Positions 38,199 through 48,305 of a DNA stretch of 52,568 nucleotides are shown here, piece after piece; the stretch's first letter is position 1; every line of letters starts with the position of its first letter. Under the pieces are notes generated by a model that saw only the letters and a program-made list of their open reading frames with translations, did no database searches and was not told the DNA's origin. Location of the stretch: positions 1 to 52,568 of the forward strand of contig CANHJR010000001.1 in the NCBI GenBank assembly GCA_947461165.1, read 5' to 3'. The position numbers were made by a program, and so were the translations under genes. This stretch comes from Saprospirales bacterium (GTDB lineage Bacteria > Bacteroidota > Bacteroidia > Chitinophagales > JADJOU01).

Positions 38199-39746
38199 AT
38201 GACCACGATTAAATTAAAAATCCAAGATTTAAAAACCTCTCCTTTACTCATAAGAGATTACTTGAAAGGCAAAGACGATCTGTCTTTTCTATTCGAATCC
38301 GAAATGAGCGAAGCAGGGCTCCTTCAAAGTCTGGAGTCTAAGATGGAGAATTATTCGCATAGAGAATTATTGTCAAAAGTTATAGCTTTCAACTATCCGT
38401 ATAAAAACAACATTGAGTTAAAAGAAGCAGAAAACATAGAAGCGCTTAAGAGTGATGGATATGCTATCGCCACGGCGCACCAACCTAATTTGTTTTTAGG
38501 GCCCTTTTATACGATAACGAAGGCGATTTCCGCCATTTCAATTTCAAATAGGCTGAACAATATTCAAACGAATAAGCGTATTGTTCCAGTCTTTGTTATT
38601 GGAAGTGAAGACCATGATAAAGAAGAAATATTAGAAACAAATCTTTTTGGCAAAAACTATCGTTGGAATACAGCCCAAAGTGGATCTGTGGGCTCAATGA
38701 TTGTCGATGAGGATCTTGTGTGTGTATTAAATGAGTTTTTGGCTACATTTGGCGATTCAGAAAATGCAAGAAGGCTTAAAAATATCTTTTCTGATGCATA
38801 CCAAATTGGTCATACCATAACGTTTGCGACCGCATCTATTTTGCGAAGTTTATTTGCGAAACATGGTTTGATCGTGTTGGATATCAATATTCCAGCGGTT
38901 AAACAAGAAATGAAGAACATTTTTCTGAAAGATCTCCGAGAAAATGAAGCAAAAAAAGCCACTGAATCGACCATTGCGTATTTATTAAACAGTTATCACG
39001 TCCAGGCTAGTCCATTGGATATCAATACTTTTGTTTACGAAAGCGGAGAACGAATAAAAATAAAGAAGGCAAGCAAGCAAGTTCTAGAATTATTAGATGC
39101 TGACCCAGTTTGTTTTAGTCCTAGTGTTATCCTTCGCCCACTAATGCAACAACTAGTTTTGCCCTCTATTGCCTACGTTGGCGGAGCTGCGGAAGTATGT
39201 TACTGGCTTGAATTGAAAGAATTGTTCAAAGCAAACAAGATTCATTTTCCAACCGTTCTCTTGCGAGACATCTATAGCGTTTTAGATGAAAAATCATGGA
39301 AAAGATGGCAATCAGCGGGTTTGGATGCAATTGATTTTATAAAGTCGGAAGAGGAAATTAAAAAAAAGATCGTTGGCATAAACTATGATTTAGAATCTCT
39401 TAAATCATCATCGATTCAATCTCTTCAACAAGTATTTGAATCGCTGGGAAATGTCATAATGGGGCTGGATGCCTCTCTTGTTGGTACCGTAAAAAAAGAA
39501 GAGAGTAATTCCGTCAAATCGATGCAAACAATTTTTTCCAAATTGACAAAGTCAATGAAATTAAAAGAAGAGGCTAATATTTTAAGTTTATTAAAAATCA
39601 AATCAAAGATTTACAATGAAAAAGGCCTTTTGGAACGACAAGAAAATTTCTCGTCTTATTACATAAAATATGGTGATCTTTGGCTTTCAGAAATGATAGA
39701 AAAATTGGATCCACTTCAAGGAGAATGGACAATAAATATCAGGTAA
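38199..39746 (+). CDS. bshC: bacillithiol biosynthesis cysteine-adding enzyme BshC
   Basis: Its size and the ATAHQPNLFLGPFYTITKAISAI motif, plus a C-terminal coiled-coil region, match my memory of BshC. The track start is TTG at 38187; ATG at 38199 is preferred. Confidence 0.78.
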   Translation: MTTIKLKIQDLKTSPLLIRDYLKGKDDLSFLFESEMSEAGLLQSLESKMENYSHRELLSKVIAFNYPYKNNIELKEAENIEALKSDGYAIATAHQPNLFLGPFYTITKAISAISISNRLNNIQTNKRIVPVFVIGSEDHDKEEILETNLFGKNYRWNTAQSGSVGSMIVDEDLVCVLNEFLATFGDSENARRLKNIFSDAYQIGHTITFATASILRSLFAKHGLIVLDINIPAVKQEMKNIFLKDLRENEAKKATESTIAYLLNSYHVQASPLDINTFVYESGERIKIKKASKQVLELLDADPVCFSPSVILRPLMQQLVLPSIAYVGGAAEVCYWLELKELFKANKIHFPTVLLRDIYSVLDEKSWKRWQSAGLDAIDFIKSEEEIKKKIVGINYDLESLKSSSIQSLQQVFESLGNVIMGLDASLVGTVKKEESNSVKSMQTIFSKLTKSMKLKEEANILSLLKIKSKIYNEKGLLERQENFSSYYIKYGDLWLSEMIEKLDPLQGEWTINIR

Positions 39747-39749
39747 ATT

Positions 39750-39822
<73 letters not shown>

Positions 39823-39829
39823 CCCTTAG

Positions 39830-41299
39830 TTATCTGCTGTAGTTAGGACTTTCTTTTGTTATTACGACATCGTGTGGATGTGATTCTTTGACACCAGCTG
39901 TTGTTATCTGCACAAAATTGGCTTTCTTTAGCTCTTCGATCGTCGGTGCGCCGCAGTATCCCATAGATGCTTTTAGACCACCTACGTATTGATAAACAGC
40001 CTCTCTAACGGTTCCTTTATATGCCACTCGACCGACTATCCCTTCTGGTACTAACTTTTTGATATCATCTTCTACATCCTGAAAATAACGATCCTTAGAC
40101 CCATCAGCCATGGCATCTAATGATCCCATTCCTCTATAAGATTTAAATTTTCGACCATCCATTAAAATGGTATCACCTGGACTTTCTTCTGTTCCGGCAA
40201 AGATAGATCCAGCCATAACACAATCCGCCCCGGCAGCAATTGCTTTGGGAATATCTCCAGTATATCGAATACCACCATCAGCAATAAGTGGTATATTGGC
40301 GGCTTTGCAAGCTTCCGCTGCAAATAAAATTGCAGATAACTGAGGAATACCAACACCTGCAACAACCCTAGTCGTGCAAATAGAACCTGGACCGACACCC
40401 ACTTTGACACCATCTACTCCAGCATCTATAAGTGCTTGGGCACCTTCTTTAGTAGCAACGTTGCCAGCTATAAGCTCTATATTTTTATATGTTTGTTTTA
40501 TTTTGCGAATACTGTCCAAAACGCCTGCGCTATGACCATGTGCAGTATCTAAACATAGCAAATCCACGCCTACTGCCATTAATGCCTCTATTCGCTCATT
40601 CATTGTCGAATTGACACCTATGGCTGCGCCAATGAGAAGCCGTCCAATATGATCTTTATTAGAGTTTGGATTATCTTTAATTTTGAGAATATCTTTGTAG
40701 GTAATTAATCCTTTGAGAATATTATGTTCATTAGTTACAAGAAGTTTCTCAATTTTAAACTCCCTAAGAATTTCTTCTGCCGAAGGCATATCCGTTCCTT
40801 CTTTGGCAGTTATCAGGTTTTTAGAAGTCATGACGAGGCTTATCTTTTTGCTTCGTTCTTTTTCAAATCTTAGATCGCGATTGGTCACAATGCCGACTAA
40901 TTCTCCTGTTTTTAGAATAATAGGTATACCTCCAATTTTATTGTCCTCCATTATTTTTAGAGCATCTCCAACAGTATTGTCAGGATTCAATGTTATGGGG
41001 TCAAAAATCATACCGCTATCCGCTCGTTTTACTTTTCGAACTTCTTCGGCTTGTCTATCAATAGAAAGATTTTTGTGAAGAATCCCTATACCACCTTCTC
41101 GAGCGATAGCGATAGCCATAGATGATTCAGTCACCGTATCCATCGCTGCAGATACAAGTGGAATATTTAAAGAAATGTTCCTTGAAATTCTTGTTTTGAG
41201 ATTGGTATCTCGCGGCAATACATTACTACTTGCGGGAACAAGAAGTACATCATCAAACGTAAGACCTAGGGATAAAATTTTTGGGTGCTGAAAGTGCAT
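39830..41299 (-). CDS. guaB: IMP dehydrogenase GuaB
   Basis: [10 protein letters not shown], a CBS pair, the [11 protein letters not shown] catalytic loop and GGIRYTGD. The track start is GTG at 41317; ATG at 41299 is preferred. Confidence 0.95.
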   Translation of the reverse strand: MHFQHPKILSLGLTFDDVLLVPASSNVLPRDTNLKTRISRNISLNIPLVSAAMDTVTESSMAIAIAREGGIGILHKNLSIDRQAEEVRKVKRADSGMIFDPITLNPDNTVGDALKIMEDNKIGGIPIILKTGELVGIVTNRDLRFEKERSKKISLVMTSKNLITAKEGTDMPSAEEILREFKIEKLLVTNEHNILKGLITYKDILKIKDNPNSNKDHIGRLLIGAAIGVNSTMNERIEALMAVGVDLLCLDTAHGHSAGVLDSIRKIKQTYKNIELIAGNVATKEGAQALIDAGVDGVKVGVGPGSICTTRVVAGVGIPQLSAILFAAEACKAANIPLIADGGIRYTGDIPKAIAAGADCVMAGSIFAGTEESPGDTILMDGRKFKSYRGMGSLDAMADGSKDRYFQDVEDDIKKLVPEGIVGRVAYKGTVREAVYQYVGGLKASMGYCGAPTIEELKKANFVQITTAGVKESHPHDVVITKESPNYSR

Positions 41300-41366
41300 A
41301 TTCGCTTCTTTCGGCACAAAAATAAAGGAAATAAACTAAATCGAACAAATAGAAATCGTTGATTTG

Positions 41367-43925
41367 TTATTTAGTCTCTTGAAGTGCTTTTTGTTTTAAC
41401 TCTTCTGCCTTTTTATTTATGGCATCGTTCATCTTGTCCGCTTTGGCTGGTTCGTTTATACTATCATCCTCATCATCTATAAAGCTTTTCTTTTTGATTT
41501 CTTTATTAGGCGTTTTTGCGGTGGATATTTTTTTAAGAGCAGCTGTGTCAGACGCTTTTTTTGTTTCTTCAAGTGTTCTTTTAATGATTTCTGCCTTCTT
41601 AGCTGCCATGCTAGGGTCTAGTTTTTCCAGAACTTTTTGTGTGGCTGTGTCTTTTATTTTGGATTTTAACTTTCCTTTGGCAAGGTCTTTTTTGGAAGAA
41701 CTCTTCAAAGCATTACTATCTATTGTTAGTTTGTTGGGGATGGCTTGTGGAGCTGGAGCGGTATCTAAAGGTCTATTTTTTTGGTATTCAATATAAAAAC
41801 TATCTACTGAGCTGACATCATTTGATTTGAGGTTTTGAAGCATTCTCATTTCCTCTTCGGGAGTTATCAATTTTACTCTGTTCAGTAAACTTTTTGACAC
41901 TTCTGATTTTGGTGTGAAAATTCTATCCGAAAGAATTTGTTCTCTAGTCCGGTTGTCTGGTAGTTTGCTCGGTGGGTCAGAGGAAACAGATGCATAAAGT
42001 TCACCTGCATTTGGATTTTTTTCAAGCTCATTTCTTTCCGCTTCAATTGCCATTTTCTGAGCAGCTAAAATAGCCTCGCGTCTCTTGCGTTTTGACTCTT
42101 CTAGTGCTATACTATCCTCTATCATTTTCTTTGGATCAATTGGTTTAATTGCCGCTAAACGTTTTTCTTCAATCTTTTTTGCAAATTCTATTTTTGTTAA
42201 GGAATCCTTTGCTTTTCTCTCTGCTTCTAATTTTTGAAGTCGAGCTTCTCTTTCTGCTTTTAGTTCGGCGAGTGCATTTTCTTTTGCTTTTTTATCCAAA
42301 ACAAGCTTTTGCTTCTCTGCTTCTAATTTTGCTTTTTCTGCTTCCAGTTTAGCTTTGCGGGCCATGGTTTCTGCTTCAATTCGTTTTTCGCGTTCTGCTG
42401 GAGTTAGTGCAATGACAGTTGAGGTTTGTTTTGGAGCTATTGCTGGTTTTATAGGTTTTATCCCTGCATCTTCCAATTCGACTTCTCGAGCAATTCTTGC
42501 CATCTCTGAGGCCAATGAGCCATCAGATTTAACCAATGCATACGTCTTTGGGTTGGCCTCATTTTTAGGACTCGTGTTCTTAGGCTTGCTTGTCGCAATC
42601 TCTACTGGCTTCGAAGCTGCTTCTGTTGGTTTCGGCAATTTTGGAGCTTTAACTTCTCCCTTAGCCAACAGACTATCCTTAATTGTGCCCTTGGCTATCA
42701 GTTTTTTACGCTCTTCCTCTTTTCTTTTACGAGCAAGTTCTATTTGTAGACTTGCTTCTTTTCTTTTGATAGAATCGGTAATGTTTCTTTCTTTTATTTT
42801 ATCGGCAAGTATTTTTTTATTTGCAGATAAAATCGAATCTTTTCTGGATTTTTCACTATTTATTTTACTCAATAAAAGTGCCTTATCCTCTTCTTGTTTT
42901 TTCTTAGCGACTAAAGCTTGTTCCTCTTTTATTTTCATGACTGAGTCAATCGCTGATTTTCGTTGTACTTCTCTCATTTTTCTCAATGCGAGCATGGAGT
43001 CATTGATTTTTGGCGGAGCAATTGGAATTGTTGGAGTTTTGACAACTGGCTTTTCTGAAGGTTTCTCTTTATTCGTATTTAGAGCATTTATCGCCTTGTC
43101 CAATCCTGGATCTGTTGGGGGTGTCATAGCAACATTATCCTCCATTTTGTAATTGTTTTCTCCTATCTTTGGATCAGCAGGTGTTTTGTCTTTTGCGTTG
43201 GAATATGAGTTCTGCTTTTTATCTAAAGTAGGATCGTTTGCAATATTTGATTTAGCAACAACTTCCATTGGAGTAGTGTCTTCAGGAACTTTTTGTCCTC
43301 CGAAAACTATATTCATATCAAAATAAAACTTATCCAATACGCGTCTCATAGCGACCCACATAGAGGTGTTGGTCCCTGCATAAAAGTCTGAATTAAAGGA
43401 TTCCTTAAATTCAGAATCACCGTTTGAAAATAGATAATAATCTTGATATGATTTTTTAAACTCTAATGCTGTTCCTTTGTTGACCACTACATTCAGTTTT
43501 GTCATGACATAATACCCTTTTGTCGGACTTACAACATAATTGGGATAATGAATTTCGATCTGTGGCTCAACGCTGTAGGCAGCAGATTCTGGAGTGAATT
43601 CGACCTGAACATTACTTTTGTTAAGATCTTGATTTATTTTGTTTTTGAAAAGTGTCGCATATGGGTAATTCCAAAAGTCGCGAACAAGTTCAATTTTGAT
43701 GTCCTCGCCAATTTTTTTATTCCAGTTTGCGAATCGATTGTCCTTTAACTCTGCAATAAATAATTTCTGTCCTGAGTAGTTGGTGAATTTATACTGACTT
43801 GGGCTATAGTATACTCGAGTCTCTTGACCACCCTTGATTTCTTTTTTCAGAGGATTTTGTGCTAAAATCGCAAATGGCGAGATTAAGACAAAACATATTA
43901 TAAACTTACTGAATATTCGAGTCAT
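41367..43925 (-). CDS. large secreted protein with a globular N-domain and a long Lys/Glu/Ala-rich repetitive region
   Basis: Signal peptide MTRIFSKFIICFVLISPFAILAQ and a structured N-domain of about 200 aa. About 600 aa of low-complexity or coiled-coil sequence follows, including KAKLEAEKAKLEAEKQKL and LKAEREARLQKLEAERKAK. Confidence 0.65.
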   Translation of the reverse strand: MTRIFSKFIICFVLISPFAILAQNPLKKEIKGGQETRVYYSPSQYKFTNYSGQKLFIAELKDNRFANWNKKIGEDIKIELVRDFWNYPYATLFKNKINQDLNKSNVQVEFTPESAAYSVEPQIEIHYPNYVVSPTKGYYVMTKLNVVVNKGTALEFKKSYQDYYLFSNGDSEFKESFNSDFYAGTNTSMWVAMRRVLDKFYFDMNIVFGGQKVPEDTTPMEVVAKSNIANDPTLDKKQNSYSNAKDKTPADPKIGENNYKMEDNVAMTPPTDPGLDKAINALNTNKEKPSEKPVVKTPTIPIAPPKINDSMLALRKMREVQRKSAIDSVMKIKEEQALVAKKKQEEDKALLLSKINSEKSRKDSILSANKKILADKIKERNITDSIKRKEASLQIELARKRKEEERKKLIAKGTIKDSLLAKGEVKAPKLPKPTEAASKPVEIATSKPKNTSPKNEANPKTYALVKSDGSLASEMARIAREVELEDAGIKPIKPAIAPKQTSTVIALTPAEREKRIEAETMARKAKLEAEKAKLEAEKQKLVLDKKAKENALAELKAEREARLQKLEAERKAKDSLTKIEFAKKIEEKRLAAIKPIDPKKMIEDSIALEESKRKRREAILAAQKMAIEAERNELEKNPNAGELYASVSSDPPSKLPDNRTREQILSDRIFTPKSEVSKSLLNRVKLITPEEEMRMLQNLKSNDVSSVDSFYIEYQKNRPLDTAPAPQAIPNKLTIDSNALKSSSKKDLAKGKLKSKIKDTATQKVLEKLDPSMAAKKAEIIKRTLEETKKASDTAALKKISTAKTPNKEIKKKSFIDDEDDSINEPAKADKMNDAINKKAEELKQKALQETK

Positions 43926-43953
43926 TTGAATGATTGAAAATGATATAAAGTCT

Positions 43954-43961
43954 CAAAAATA
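43954..43961 (-). promoter_or_regulatory. Bacteroidota-type -7 promoter box (TATTTTTG on the minus strand)
   Basis: Exact TAnnTTTG match, 28 nt upstream of the ATG at 43925. Confidence 0.3.
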
Positions 43962-44021
43962 GGCAAAAACAATGAAACCTTAACAAAATTTGTTGATAAC
44001 CGGTATAAAAAAGATATTTTG

Positions 44022-45473
44022 TTAAATTTGAAAGAGATTTGGCTTTGTTTTTTTTCTTTTTATTGTGATATCACATGGATAATCAAAGAGACATTTTTCT
44101 TTAATTAATTCGACTACGATTGGAGGCACTTTAGCTTCCCATCCTTGCGTATTATTTTGAATTTCTGCAATTAGATCTGAAGATATGATTTCAAAGTTTT
44201 TGGAATTAAACACTTCAATATCAGATATTTGATTGGCATCTAATACGAAGCGAAATAAACCTTGAATGGCTAGAGGCAATTCAATATCAGTAGCCTTCCA
44301 GATTTTATTTTTTTCTAAATTGTGATATGGATAGGCATAAATTCGAACATTATGGGCGAATAATTTTCCAAAATTTTGGAGCAATTCACTCGTTGGATTT
44401 TTATAATTATTCGGATTTAATATATGAACTAAATTCATCACTCCAAGGGCAATTGAAATACGATTCGGCTTACAAGACTTTAAAAAATCTGTTAACTCAT
44501 GATGTTCTGCAAAATTTGAAACAATGACCGGAAAACCAAGTTTACAGATGATATCCGTTCGATCAAGAAAGTCTTGAATGTCAATTGGTGATGAATCTGC
44601 TAGATTGTTCAATGTCATTTCACAAAGGGTTAAAATCTTTGATAGGTCAATATCAAAATCCTTTGAGAATTGAGACTGAGCACCAGATATCATATCTTGA
44701 TTTAGATTTGTAAAAGGCTTGAATCGAGCTCTAAGTACACAGATATCCTTTTTATAAATGAGATCTTTTGAATGAACGACCTCACCTGTCGGTAGAAAAC
44801 ATGCAGCCTTGCTGTACCCTTTGGTTACCAAAACAAGTGCAAGTAAACGATTGTCCAGGCCCTCAAAGGCTTCCCCAACCATCGATAAAAGATCTATTTC
44901 CAAGCTGTTTTTTGGCAAATTGTCCATCAAACTATCCACGAATTGGTTGGGATCAGCACTATATTGGTAGCAAGCAAAGACTAGGTTGACCCCTAGATCA
45001 CCCAGGACACTCTGCTGCAATGTCGCGTCAGAATCCAAAAGTCGTACATGAAGAATAACCGTATTGACAGGCCCATTTTCACGAGCTTGAAATCGAACTC
45101 CTAGCCATCCATGTCCCTCACTTGTTTTCGTATAATTTATTGTGGTGACCGTATTGGCAAATACGAAATAACGTTTCGTTTCATACTTTTCTCCTTGAAG
45201 CCGCTCCATGATAAGAGCCCATTCGTGATCGAGCATTTTTTCAAGTCGTGATTGTGAAACATATCTACCATCTGATTCCTCGCCATAAATAGCATCACTA
45301 AATTTCATATCATAGGCACTCATTGCTTTGGCAATTGTGCCAGATGCGCCACCAACTTTGAAAAAATTTCGAGCGACCTCTTGGCCTGCACCTATTTCAG
45401 CAAAGGTTCCATAAAAGTTATGGTCCAGATTTATCTTTAAAGCCTTATAATTGATTGTATAAGATTCTCGCAT
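44022..45473 (-). CDS. conserved hypothetical cytoplasmic protein (C-terminal tail resembles nucleotidyltransferase C-termini)
   Basis: Long uninterrupted ORF with N-terminal FAEIGAGQEVARNFFKVGGASGTIAKAMSAYDM. The C-terminal ISSDLIAEIQNNTQGWEAKVPPIVVELIKEKCLF recalls the ISSTxIR...LVPxxVxxYI...LY ending of NadD/CoaD-type enzymes. Possible starts are ATG 45473 or TTG 45482, which lie 11 nt and 2 nt after the rnz stop respectively. Confidence 0.65.
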   Translation of the reverse strand: MRESYTINYKALKINLDHNFYGTFAEIGAGQEVARNFFKVGGASGTIAKAMSAYDMKFSDAIYGEESDGRYVSQSRLEKMLDHEWALIMERLQGEKYETKRYFVFANTVTTINYTKTSEGHGWLGVRFQARENGPVNTVILHVRLLDSDATLQQSVLGDLGVNLVFACYQYSADPNQFVDSLMDNLPKNSLEIDLLSMVGEAFEGLDNRLLALVLVTKGYSKAACFLPTGEVVHSKDLIYKKDICVLRARFKPFTNLNQDMISGAQSQFSKDFDIDLSKILTLCEMTLNNLADSSPIDIQDFLDRTDIICKLGFPVIVSNFAEHHELTDFLKSCKPNRISIALGVMNLVHILNPNNYKNPTSELLQNFGKLFAHNVRIYAYPYHNLEKNKIWKATDIELPLAIQGLFRFVLDANQISDIEVFNSKNFEIISSDLIAEIQNNTQGWEAKVPPIVVELIKEKCLFDYPCDITIKRKKTKPNLFQI

Positions 45474-45484
45474 AATTTTCAAAA

Positions 45485-46387
45485 TTAGATATCAAACGAT
45501 AGCCCTTCCAATGCGAGAGCCGTATTTGAGAATTGCGTACAAGCCTCTTCTAAAATGGGATTGAGATCTTGATATCGAGCTGAAAAATGACCTATAAGGA
45601 GTTTTTTGACATTCCCTTTCGTTGCGATTGTTCCTGCATCCTTGCCAGTACTATGTTTGGTAGCATCTGCACGTGCTCTTTCTGACTCTAGGAATGTAGC
45701 TTCGTGGTATAGCAGGTCTATATTTTGTATTTTTGGCACAATGGAATCATGGTATGCTGTATCTGAGATATAAGCGTATGATTTTGAATCCAAGACCGGT
45801 ATAGATATGTCAGACAATGAAATAAATTGATTGTCTACTGAAACAGATTTACCTTCTATCAGCTCCTTGATTGCAAGATGGGAAAGATCATACTGTTCTA
45901 TTTTGTTTTTATCTATTCGATATGGAGGCATTTTCTTATCAAATCGAAAACCACAAGTGGTAATTTTATGATTTAGTGGAATGGTCGAAACCCGCAAATG
46001 ATTGTCCTCATAGATTTCGACGGACTCAAGACTCTCAAATTCCTTATAAATAATTTCGAATCTAAGAATTGTTTTTGAGATTTCACATTGAAGTTGGATG
46101 ATATCTTGCAATCGTTCGGGTGAAACAATTGTGAGCGTTTCCGTTCGTTCCTGCATGCTCATCGTAGTCAGAAGGCCTATTAACCCATAGTAATGATCTC
46201 CATGGAGGTGGGAAATAAAAATGGCTTTTATTTTGTTTTTTCTGACGTGAAATGCATTAATCCTGAACAAAGTACCCTCCCCACAATCTATAAGGTAAGG
46301 GGTGTCATCGATAGAAAGAACTTGACTAGAAGGATGTCGGTCGTAAATTGGCGTAGCACTACTACTTCCTAAAATCGTTAGTCTCAT
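45485..46387 (-). CDS. rnz: ribonuclease Z (metallo-beta-lactamase fold)
   Basis: MRLTILGSSSATP, DCGEGT, SHLHGDHYYGL (HxHxDH) and C-terminal GHFSARY. Confidence 0.9.
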   Translation of the reverse strand: MRLTILGSSSATPIYDRHPSSQVLSIDDTPYLIDCGEGTLFRINAFHVRKNKIKAIFISHLHGDHYYGLIGLLTTMSMQERTETLTIVSPERLQDIIQLQCEISKTILRFEIIYKEFESLESVEIYEDNHLRVSTIPLNHKITTCGFRFDKKMPPYRIDKNKIEQYDLSHLAIKELIEGKSVSVDNQFISLSDISIPVLDSKSYAYISDTAYHDSIVPKIQNIDLLYHEATFLESERARADATKHSTGKDAGTIATKGNVKKLLIGHFSARYQDLNPILEEACTQFSNTALALEGLSFDI

Positions 46388-46394
46388 ATTCTAA

Positions 46395-46778
46395 TTACGC
46401 CTCCTCTTCATTTCCTGCCAAATCCCTATCTAGTTCTTCCATCACGAGAAGATCACGAGCCTCTTTTTCCGAACCAGCAATCGAGAATACTTTGTCTAGT
46501 TTGGCAATTTTGATAAGATTGTATACTTGAGAATTAAGGCCATATAGGACAAGAAATCCTTTATTGTCTTCCGTTGTTCGATCTGCATTGAGAATGGCAC
46601 CTAATCCACTGGAATCAATAAATTCAACATCTTCTAAATTGAGAAGAATCGAAGAATTCCCTTCAGCACACATAATTGCTATTTCTGATTTTAGATCTGA
46701 AGAATTGCTGATGGTAAGGTTTTTTTCTTTGATGGTTACGATCGTGTATCGTTCCAATTTTTCAATAATACTTTTCAT
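46395..46778 (-). CDS. STAS-domain protein (anti-sigma-factor antagonist type)
   Basis: FIDSSGLGAIL, with the conserved phosphorylatable Ser context; 127 aa. Confidence 0.85.
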   Translation of the reverse strand: MKSIIEKLERYTIVTIKEKNLTISNSSDLKSEIAIMCAEGNSSILLNLEDVEFIDSSGLGAILNADRTTEDNKGFLVLYGLNSQVYNLIKIAKLDKVFSIAGSEKEARDLLVMEELDRDLAGNEEEA

Positions 46779-46840
46779 GTATAAATAATTTAGTTTTTAT
46801 AGGTCCAGAGGCTATACTCTACAATACTTTTGATAAAATA

Positions 46841-47512
46841 TTATTTTCCAAAACCAAAATGAATAGAGGCGAAAGCATCAGGGCGAATTAGGTTACGAGT
46901 CAGATCATTTTTGATTAAATTGACCTTAAGACCAGTTAAAAAATATGAGTTTTCTCCTATTTCGGACATCCACCCTCCACCGATGTATGCATTGAAATAA
47001 TTACCTTTAAAAGTCTCAGAGCCTCTGACTGAGCTAGTCAAATGTGACAATTGACCTTCAACCTGTAAAAAATACCCTTCAATGGGATAAACTCTCATAA
47101 TGGGCCCTAAACTGATGGAATGCAAATTGGCATCTCCAAAAGAACCTTGATACAAATAAGAGGTTGCAAGTCCACCTTCAAAATAATCATTTAGTTTGGA
47201 TGTGATTTGAGGACTGATACCTAATACGGCTATTTGCGTATTGATCTCTGCATCATAGTCCGACGAGGCTATAAAGCCACCACCAACTCTAAGATTTCGA
47301 ACAAAATTAGACTGACCTTTGTAGGATTTGGAGTCAGAATTGGATTCTTCTTTTTTGGCCTCAGGCTGATTTATTATTTTTATAGAGTCTCTTGTCGATC
47401 TATCTTGAGTTTCAATTTCGGTTGGTTTTGCCGGCTTAGGCTGACTATATTCATCTTGCGAGTAAACACAAAGTGATGTCATCATACAAAAGATGGAAAA
47501 AAATGTTTTCAT
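46841..47512 (-). CDS. putative outer-membrane beta-barrel protein
   Basis: Signal peptide MKTFFSIFCMMTSLCVYSQ, a polar linker, then alternating Gly/aromatic beta-strand-like segments ending HFGFGK. Start trimmed from the track start (47542) to ATG 47512. Confidence 0.6.
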   Translation of the reverse strand: MKTFFSIFCMMTSLCVYSQDEYSQPKPAKPTEIETQDRSTRDSIKIINQPEAKKEESNSDSKSYKGQSNFVRNLRVGGGFIASSDYDAEINTQIAVLGISPQITSKLNDYFEGGLATSYLYQGSFGDANLHSISLGPIMRVYPIEGYFLQVEGQLSHLTSSVRGSETFKGNYFNAYIGGGWMSEIGENSYFLTGLKVNLIKNDLTRNLIRPDAFASIHFGFGK

Positions 47513-47583
47513 AGAATACCGTGGCTGATTTTGTTTCGACAAATTTAATCAATACAAAAGATATTTGCTCAAAAAAATCATTT

Positions 47584-48294
47584 ATGAAATTTTTAAGTAG
47601 AAGTGAACTTCTTTTTGGAAATGAAGGTCTCAAAAAGTTGAATGAATCAAACGTATTGGTGGTTGGGCTCGGAGGCGTGGGAAGCTATGCTGCGGAGGCA
47701 CTGGCTAGAGCAGGCGTTGGTCGAATGACAATTGTGGATGGTGATGAAGTTGTAGAGAGCAATATTAATCGTCAATTGCAAGCGTTACACTCTACTATTG
47801 GTTTCAAAAAGGCGGAGTTGATCGCAGACAGAATTCGAGACATTAGTCCAACAATAGAGCTAACTATTGTTTCAAAATTTCTCAATCCGGAGGATATTGG
47901 AGATTTATTGACCAAGGATTATCACTTTGTTTTGGATTGTATCGATTCTATAACACCAAAAACGAATATTATTAAAATTTGCAAGCAACGTCAAATCAAG
48001 TTTATTTCTTCTATGGGAGCTGGTGGCAAAACGGATCCAAGTCTTGTACAGATTACGGATATTGAGAAAACGAAGGATTGCTATTTCACACGAGAGATCA
48101 GAAAACGGCTACGTCGAGAAAAATATATATATGGCATCAAGGTTGTGTATTCTCCAGAGATAGTATCAAAAGATAAGATGGAAATGACAGACGGAACAAA
48201 TTACAAACGCTCCTTTTATGGAACTGCTTCTTATATGCCTGCCATTTTTGGTTTGACTATGGCAAGCTATGTCATTCGAAAAATCATAAGCTAA
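47584..48294 (+). CDS. tcdA: tRNA threonylcarbamoyladenosine dehydratase TcdA (ThiF/E1-like)
   Basis: VLVVGLGGVGSYAAEALARAGVGRMTIVDGDEV..SNINRQ and DCIDS. The track start is GTG at 47521; ATG at 47584 (MKFLSRSEL) is preferred. Confidence 0.85.
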   Translation: MKFLSRSELLFGNEGLKKLNESNVLVVGLGGVGSYAAEALARAGVGRMTIVDGDEVVESNINRQLQALHSTIGFKKAELIADRIRDISPTIELTIVSKFLNPEDIGDLLTKDYHFVLDCIDSITPKTNIIKICKQRQIKFISSMGAGGKTDPSLVQITDIEKTKDCYFTREIRKRLRREKYIYGIKVVYSPEIVSKDKMEMTDGTNYKRSFYGTASYMPAIFGLTMASYVIRKIIS

Positions 48295-48305
48295 GTCTAA
48301 TTTTT

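Noticed and set aside
42355-43152. 265-aa plus-strand ORF, together with 41419..41796 and 42149..42352
   Set aside because: These are antisense to the K/E/A-rich repetitive gene. Their translations are low-complexity L/S/F-rich strings, the mirror image of the lysine and glutamate codons. They are an artefact of compositional bias.
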